Positions 51,720 through 56,902 of a stretch of DNA of 56,902 nt are shown here, in pieces (position 1 is the first letter of the stretch; each line of letters begins with the position of its first letter). The translations under genes were made by a program, and so were the position numbers. This DNA comes from a virus (lineage: Duplodnaviria; Caudoviricetes). The stretch spans positions 1-56,902 of the IMG/VR virus record IMGVR_UViG_3300042350_003263. One strand, written 5' to 3'. Under the pieces are notes generated by a model, which was not told the DNA's origin, ran no database searches, and saw only the letters and a list, made by a program, of their open reading frames with translations.

Positions 51720-53924
51720 ATGGCACCTAATCCAAAAGAATATGTTCGCTTAAACACCAGAATAGATCAATGGCAAGAACTATTTAATGATATCACAAAC
51801 GATGTCGGCGACCTGACGAAACTTACAACTGGTGGATATGTCAGTAAAGGTGGTGCGCAAGGTAGAACAGATTCTGCGGCAACAGCAGGATATGTCTTTT
51901 CCGGTGCTGATTCAGATATAGTAACAGCAATTAATGAAGTCGATTATAGACTTGACTCTATCGACGATAGAATAGATCAATTCGTTAAAACTAGCTCGAA
52001 CGTTAACTTCAATCAGATTACCGTTGGCCCATGGAATAATGGAACACCAACTTCTACAAATCCAGTATACAGTACTTCTGGTGTAACTACAACAAACTCT
52101 GCTGGTTATACGATCGATGCATCATTAGATATTATTCTAGATGCTGATGGCGCAAATGTTACCATTATGGATAATGGGGTAACTCAGTTTGATTTTTCAA
52201 ATAATGGAACTGATAAGACACTAAACATCCCAACCGGTAATCTAATCGTTACTACTGGTACTGATATTATTCTTCGTCCTACAGGTGATACGGTCTTTAT
52301 GCAAGGCGTCACTAGTGGCGAACAGCTACAGTTTGAACTTGGTACTGCTACCCAGACAATTACTGCATCTGATGATATGTCACTTGAAGCTGCTGGAGAT
52401 ATCTATCTCAAGCCAACCGGTGATGATGTCTTTATGCAAGGTATTACCAGTGGCGAACAACTTCGATTCACATTAGCTGATGCGACTCAAACCATTGCTG
52501 CTTCAGACGCTCTTTCGCTAACTGCTACAACAACTATTACACTAGCTGGAACGGATATCACTCTCGATGCATCTGGGGATGTTATTCTTGATGCAGATGG
52601 TGCTGATGTTATACTTAGAGATGGTGGGGTACAATACGCAGCATTTACAAATAATGCTGGTAATCTGATTGTTAAATCAGGTAGCACTACAGCAGCTACA
52701 TTTACCGGTGCTGATGTATCATTCGCATCAAATGTCTATATGACAGATAGCTCGCGTGCGAACTCTAATTTTAGTATCGGTGGTAATTTAACAGTTGGTG
52801 GTAATACCCAAATTAACGGGACACTTACCGTTGAAGGTGCAGTTAACTTTAAAGCGGGAACTTCTGGTACGGTCACAATCGGTGATGCGAATACTGATAA
52901 CGTAGTCTTTAACGCAGATATTAACTCAAGTCTTGTACCAAACACCAATAACGCTTATAATCTCGGTTCTCCTACCCAAGAATGGCAGAATATCTGGGTA
53001 ACCGGAAACGGTAATATAGATAATCTTCTAGCAGATAGTGCCACCATTACAGGTGACCTAGATGTTCAAGGTATTACTACGCTCGATTCGGCAACTGTAG
53101 ATGGTGCGCTTAGTGTTACGCGTACGCTCGGGGTAACTGGTATAGTTACTGCTAATGCTGGCGTAAAAGTAGATAATATCACAATTGATGGAACAGAGAT
53201 TGATCTTTCATCTGGGGATTTCACACTTGATGTAGCTGGTGATATCAACCTAGACGCTGACGGTGGTGATGTTATCCTTAGAGATGGTGGTACTGAATTT
53301 GGAAGACTCACCAATCAAGGTACACAGCTAAGAATTACGAGTCAGAACTCTCAGTGGATGACCTTTACGGCTGCTGGTGTAAGATTCAGTGGAATCATTG
53401 CAGACTCAGATCTTGTTACCACTTCCAAATCAGTAGTTGCAGGTATAAATGAACTTAGTGGTAGAATTGATCTACTTGATTCGGCTGACTCTGCTTCTAC
53501 TGCAGCAGTCTTTGCAGCAATTGGCGATCTAAATAGTTTAACTACAACTGCTAAATCCAGTCTAGTCGCAGCTGTCAATGAAATTAACAATGGATTTGAT
53601 ACCCGCGCGAAGGGATTACTTTCTGCGACAACTTCTGGAACTGGTTATGGCGGGCTAACTTATAGCACATCTACCGGTGCATTCACATATGCTAAAGTAA
53701 CAGATGCTAACATCAGGGAAAGACTTGTTGCAGGTAATGCTATTACCTATACCTCTGCTACAGGAACTATTGCGGTTACGAGTGATGCAATTGAAGCTGA
53801 TGAACTAGCCGTTACTGGTAATGGTACTTCTGGTCAAGCTCTAATTTCAGATGGGGATGGAACATTCAGTTGGGGAAGAAAAGTCCCGAATGTATATGAT
53901 TCAGCTGGATCACTCTTAAATTAA
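51720..53924 (+). CDS. Tail fibre or structural protein with internal repeats
   Basis: Repeated DI.LDADG.DV.L.DGG units, duplicated PTGD.VFMQG.TSGEQL, SLVAAVNE. Confidence 0.75.
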   Translation: MAPNPKEYVRLNTRIDQWQELFNDITNDVGDLTKLTTGGYVSKGGAQGRTDSAATAGYVFSGADSDIVTAINEVDYRLDSIDDRIDQFVKTSSNVNFNQITVGPWNNGTPTSTNPVYSTSGVTTTNSAGYTIDASLDIILDADGANVTIMDNGVTQFDFSNNGTDKTLNIPTGNLIVTTGTDIILRPTGDTVFMQGVTSGEQLQFELGTATQTITASDDMSLEAAGDIYLKPTGDDVFMQGITSGEQLRFTLADATQTIAASDALSLTATTTITLAGTDITLDASGDVILDADGADVILRDGGVQYAAFTNNAGNLIVKSGSTTAATFTGADVSFASNVYMTDSSRANSNFSIGGNLTVGGNTQINGTLTVEGAVNFKAGTSGTVTIGDANTDNVVFNADINSSLVPNTNNAYNLGSPTQEWQNIWVTGNGNIDNLLADSATITGDLDVQGITTLDSATVDGALSVTRTLGVTGIVTANAGVKVDNITIDGTEIDLSSGDFTLDVAGDINLDADGGDVILRDGGTEFGRLTNQGTQLRITSQNSQWMTFTAAGVRFSGIIADSDLVTTSKSVVAGINELSGRIDLLDSADSASTAAVFAAIGDLNSLTTTAKSSLVAAVNEINNGFDTRAKGLLSATTSGTGYGGLTYSTSTGAFTYAKVTDANIRERLVAGNAITYTSATGTIAVTSDAIEADELAVTGNGTSGQALISDGDGTFSWGRKVPNVYDSAGSLLN

Positions 53925-53935
53925 GGAATTAGATA

Positions 53936-55681
53936 ATGGTTGTTGATCGCTTAGTAAAGAGATCCGGATCATACGATCTGAGAAGAATTAGTGGAGCGGA
54001 AGAAAATTACCTTGCTTGGCAAGTTGCAAATAATCTTTTCAGTTCTGTAGCTGGCGAAGCTGGTGTACTAAGTGGTTCTAGTACTAACGGTACTTCTGTT
54101 GGTACTCACACAAATACCTTTTATAACCAGCCAGTAGGCACTCACCCTAGTACATCACTTACTACTTCTTCAACAGTAACTACTTTATATCAGAATTTTT
54201 CTGGTAATGCCATAGAAGCAAACATATATCCAGTTATTAATGAGAATAGCTCGATTGATTTTAAAGCAGTAAATGATGCTGAATTAAACACAATTGCTGA
54301 TAGACTATTAGCAAAGGTCTTTGGTTCAGATTACTTTTCTTATAAGATTGGGTCTTCTGCCCCAGCTGGTTATACCTTATTTGTATCTTCTATCTTTACT
54401 GACACCAGAACAGATGGCACAAGCGTAGCTTATAATCTTTATAAAAAGAATTTATCGGCTATGCCTACAGTAGTTAGACCGTTGAAATTAGACGGTGCTG
54501 ACTTTAGAACTATGACTGATACAGAGATTCGTAATCTGTTTGCCCAGAGAGTAAAGAATAGAATTGTCCAAAATGGTATTGGTTCTTATCAACTCCGTAC
54601 TTCTATTCAAGGTGCACCAATCGCCGCTGGCACTTGGGTTGCAATGGGTACTGCTCTCGACACGAGACAGAATACCGCTGATCAAAACTATACAAGAATT
54701 AGTACAAGAGATTCTACCCTTATCTCTACTCGCGGTAGTACAAATAACTTTCTTAGAACATCCCAGACACCTTTTACATCAAACTTCTTAGGTAACTTTC
54801 TAGGAAATTATCTAGCAGATGTAGACTTTTCTGCGGACTACACTGGTAACTATGCTTCTGGACCTACTAACATTGCTGGCGATTATACTATCGATAGCAC
54901 TATTAATTCTACTAGAACATCAGAAGTCAATTATACACGAACAAGCAATACAGATTTTACAAGAATCTCCAACGTTATCTTTACCAGAGATACACAGATT
55001 AACTATACCAGAATATCTGAGGTTAACTATACGAGAGATTCTACTGTAATTTTCGATTCACCGGATAATGTTAATTTTACAAGAGTTAGTACTGTAGTCA
55101 GTGCACGGGATCCAGCCTTTGCAACTTTTACCGGTAACTACACCGGGGATTACGTAGCTGGTGCCATCTATACTAGAATTTCTACTGTAGTCAGTGCACG
55201 GGATCCAGCCTTTGCATCTTTCACCGGTGACTTCGTCGGAAATTACGCTGGGCCTACACCATTTCAAGGTAATTTCATTGGTGATTATACCGGCGGGTTC
55301 GTAGGAGACTATATCGGCAACTTCGTTGGTAACTATACCGCCGATTATGGTGGTAACTATATTGCTGACTATGCCGGGGATTATATCGGCGGTAACTTCC
55401 TTGGTGATTATATCGGTAACTACGTTGGAAACTACGTAGCTGATGATTATGTAGGAAATTATACCGGTAACTATATATCTATTGTAGATTATACTAGAGA
55501 TACTATTACTGACTTCGTCGGCGATTTTGTAGCCGATTATATTGGTAATTATGAAGGTGGCTTTGAGGGTGATTACCTAGGTAACTTCATTGGGGATTAT
55601 ACCGGGGATTATGCTGGAGAAACTATTCAGTCTACCTCCTCGACTATAGAGATATATACATTATATCTTCGAACAGCATAA
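53936..55681 (+). CDS. Structural protein with YTRxS octapeptide and G(N/D)(Y/F)x tetrapeptide repeats
   Basis: Translation shows long periodic repeats in the C-terminal 60 percent. Confidence 0.8.
   Translation: MVVDRLVKRSGSYDLRRISGAEENYLAWQVANNLFSSVAGEAGVLSGSSTNGTSVGTHTNTFYNQPVGTHPSTSLTTSSTVTTLYQNFSGNAIEANIYPVINENSSIDFKAVNDAELNTIADRLLAKVFGSDYFSYKIGSSAPAGYTLFVSSIFTDTRTDGTSVAYNLYKKNLSAMPTVVRPLKLDGADFRTMTDTEIRNLFAQRVKNRIVQNGIGSYQLRTSIQGAPIAAGTWVAMGTALDTRQNTADQNYTRISTRDSTLISTRGSTNNFLRTSQTPFTSNFLGNFLGNYLADVDFSADYTGNYASGPTNIAGDYTIDSTINSTRTSEVNYTRTSNTDFTRISNVIFTRDTQINYTRISEVNYTRDSTVIFDSPDNVNFTRVSTVVSARDPAFATFTGNYTGDYVAGAIYTRISTVVSARDPAFASFTGDFVGNYAGPTPFQGNFIGDYTGGFVGDYIGNFVGNYTADYGGNYIADYAGDYIGGNFLGDYIGNYVGNYVADDYVGNYTGNYISIVDYTRDTITDFVGDFVADYIGNYEGGFEGDYLGNFIGDYTGDYAGETIQSTSSTIEIYTLYLRTA
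55090..55216 (+). repeat. 34-nt exact direct repeat, 93-nt period
   Basis: TACTGTAGTCAGTGCACGGGATCCAGCCTTTGCA at 55090-55123 and 55183-55216. Confidence 0.85.
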
Positions 55682-55690
55682 GAACCCAAT

Positions 55691-56902
55691 ATGAGTAATA
55701 ATACTCCTTTAAAGTTAAAAGACGCATTCGGCAATTTACAACAATTTGATATGACAGTACCCGAATGGGATTATACTGCATATCAATCTGGATTGTGGCT
55801 TTCAACAAACACTAGCTATTGGTCTATGTCCACTACTAGTGGTACAGCAAATATCGGTTCTTATACAGATACATTTTACAATCAAGCTGTTGGTGATCAT
55901 GGTCTTCTGACTACAGGTCAGACAGTTACTAATCTCTACCAATCCTATTCAAATCCATCTCAAGCTGAATTCCGTCCAGTTTCATACGACGGTAGTTCGA
56001 TTTACGAGATGGCAGATTCTGATATGACTGTCTTATCAGATCTTATGATATCTCATATTTTTACAAATGACTATCCGGGAACTTATAGATTAGCAACCTC
56101 TAGCCCAGGTGCAGGTTGGACTAGTTATATCACAAATGCCTTCACCGATACACGCACTGATGGTACAAGTGTAAACTACCACATCTGGAAAAGAACCTCC
56201 TATACAGCACCGACCACAGTCAGACCGATGAGAACAAAGTACTTGAGTTCTGTGTTTTCCGGTCTACAGGAAATGTCCGATTCGGATATTGGTGATGCAT
56301 TTGGGTATTGGTTAACAAGCAGAGTTGCGACTAGTGGTGTCGGGAAATACCAACTTCGTAGTTCTGTACAAGGTGCTCCGACGGATCCTGGAACATGGGT
56401 ATCAAAGGGAACTGCGCTGGACACAAGACAGCAAGTCGCAGAAGAAGATTACACCCGTGATAGCACTAGTGTTTTTACGAGAGATAGTACGGCAAACTTT
56501 ACCCGGATAAGTACTAGACTTTCAAACCTAAACTTTACTAGAACAAGTAACGTCAATTTCTCTTCTGATTTTACTCGAGTAACACCTATTGGATTCATAG
56601 GCAATTATATCAGAGATAGCACCGCTACTTTTGCAAATGATTTTACTCGAGATAGTACGCAGAATTTTACAACTCCGTTTGCTGGAAATTATACACGTGT
56701 CAGTCAAACGGCCTTTATAAGAGACAGTTTAAACACCTTTACGAACGACTTTACTCGTAACAGTCAGAGAACATCTCAGACTGATTTTACTCGTACTAGA
56801 CAATCCACGTTCGCGGGGGCGTACGCGGGAGATTATGTTGGAGAATATATTGGCGGTAACTTCTTAGGTGAATATACTGCTGATTATGCTGGTAACTATA
56901 CT
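55691..56902 (+). CDS. Paralog of the upstream repeat protein, 3' truncated by the window
   Basis: MSNNTPLKLKD...TFYNQAVG.H, FTDTRTDGTSV.Y, YQLRSS.QGAP..GTWV..GTALDTRQ, then the same repeats. Confidence 0.82.
   Translation, partial: MSNNTPLKLKDAFGNLQQFDMTVPEWDYTAYQSGLWLSTNTSYWSMSTTSGTANIGSYTDTFYNQAVGDHGLLTTGQTVTNLYQSYSNPSQAEFRPVSYDGSSIYEMADSDMTVLSDLMISHIFTNDYPGTYRLATSSPGAGWTSYITNAFTDTRTDGTSVNYHIWKRTSYTAPTTVRPMRTKYLSSVFSGLQEMSDSDIGDAFGYWLTSRVATSGVGKYQLRSSVQGAPTDPGTWVSKGTALDTRQQVAEEDYTRDSTSVFTRDSTANFTRISTRLSNLNFTRTSNVNFSSDFTRVTPIGFIGNYIRDSTATFANDFTRDSTQNFTTPFAGNYTRVSQTAFIRDSLNTFTNDFTRNSQRTSQTDFTRTRQSTFAGAYAGDYVGEYIGGNFLGEYTADYAGNYT

Noticed and set aside
1-56902. Genome-wide TAG reassignment suggested by the CUA tRNA
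   Set aside because: All large conserved genes are intact under code 11 and several genes end in TAG at sensible positions.
53936-56902. Diversity-generating retroelement template/variable repeats
   Set aside because: No reverse transcriptase is present and no adenine-specific mismatch pattern is apparent; the repeats are coding periodicity.

Overview
This window is a segment of a T4-like (Straboviridae/Kyanoviridae-style) myophage genome. The host is probably an alphaproteobacterium, because tRNA-His lacks G-1 and has A73. Bases 1-12.4 kb are a dense RNA island of about 31 tRNA genes, including an amber (CUA) suppressor and several non-canonical folds. The island also holds small ORFs, a DUF2828/vWA (Ro60/TROVE-like) protein, an SNase, a B12/radical SAM enzyme and a GH19 endolysin. 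Bases 12.4-26.6 kb carry early accessory genes behind repeated GGGGTTTACA-N17-TATATT promoters, plus DNA ligase, gp33 and gp32. Bases 26.6-56.9 kb are the late baseplate/tail module (gp26/51, gp2, gp4, gp48, gp53, split gp5, gp25, gp6, gp7, gp8, gp9/10-like, VrlC-like, repeat fibres) with TATAAATA promoters. Best candidates for new biology: (1) six to seven Y-RNA-like ncRNAs sharing a covarying closing stem and a C(A/C/U)GCA(A) motif, carrying variable and often tRNA-mimicking cargo, flanking the Ro60-like DUF2828 gene; (2) an amber suppressor tRNA next to a leader peptide MKRYHL-amber-ITRPP-stop whose end overlaps an anti-SD that pairs with the next gene's SD, suggesting an amber-readthrough sensor; (3) a permuted two-piece tRNA-like RNA with a G3-U70 alanine determinant held by a 20/22-bp long-range stem; (4) a probable -1 frameshift fusing gp26 and gp51; (5) a Hint plus S74 cassette splitting the VrlC-like gene. 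All calls come from reading the sequence by eye; no searches or folding programs were run.
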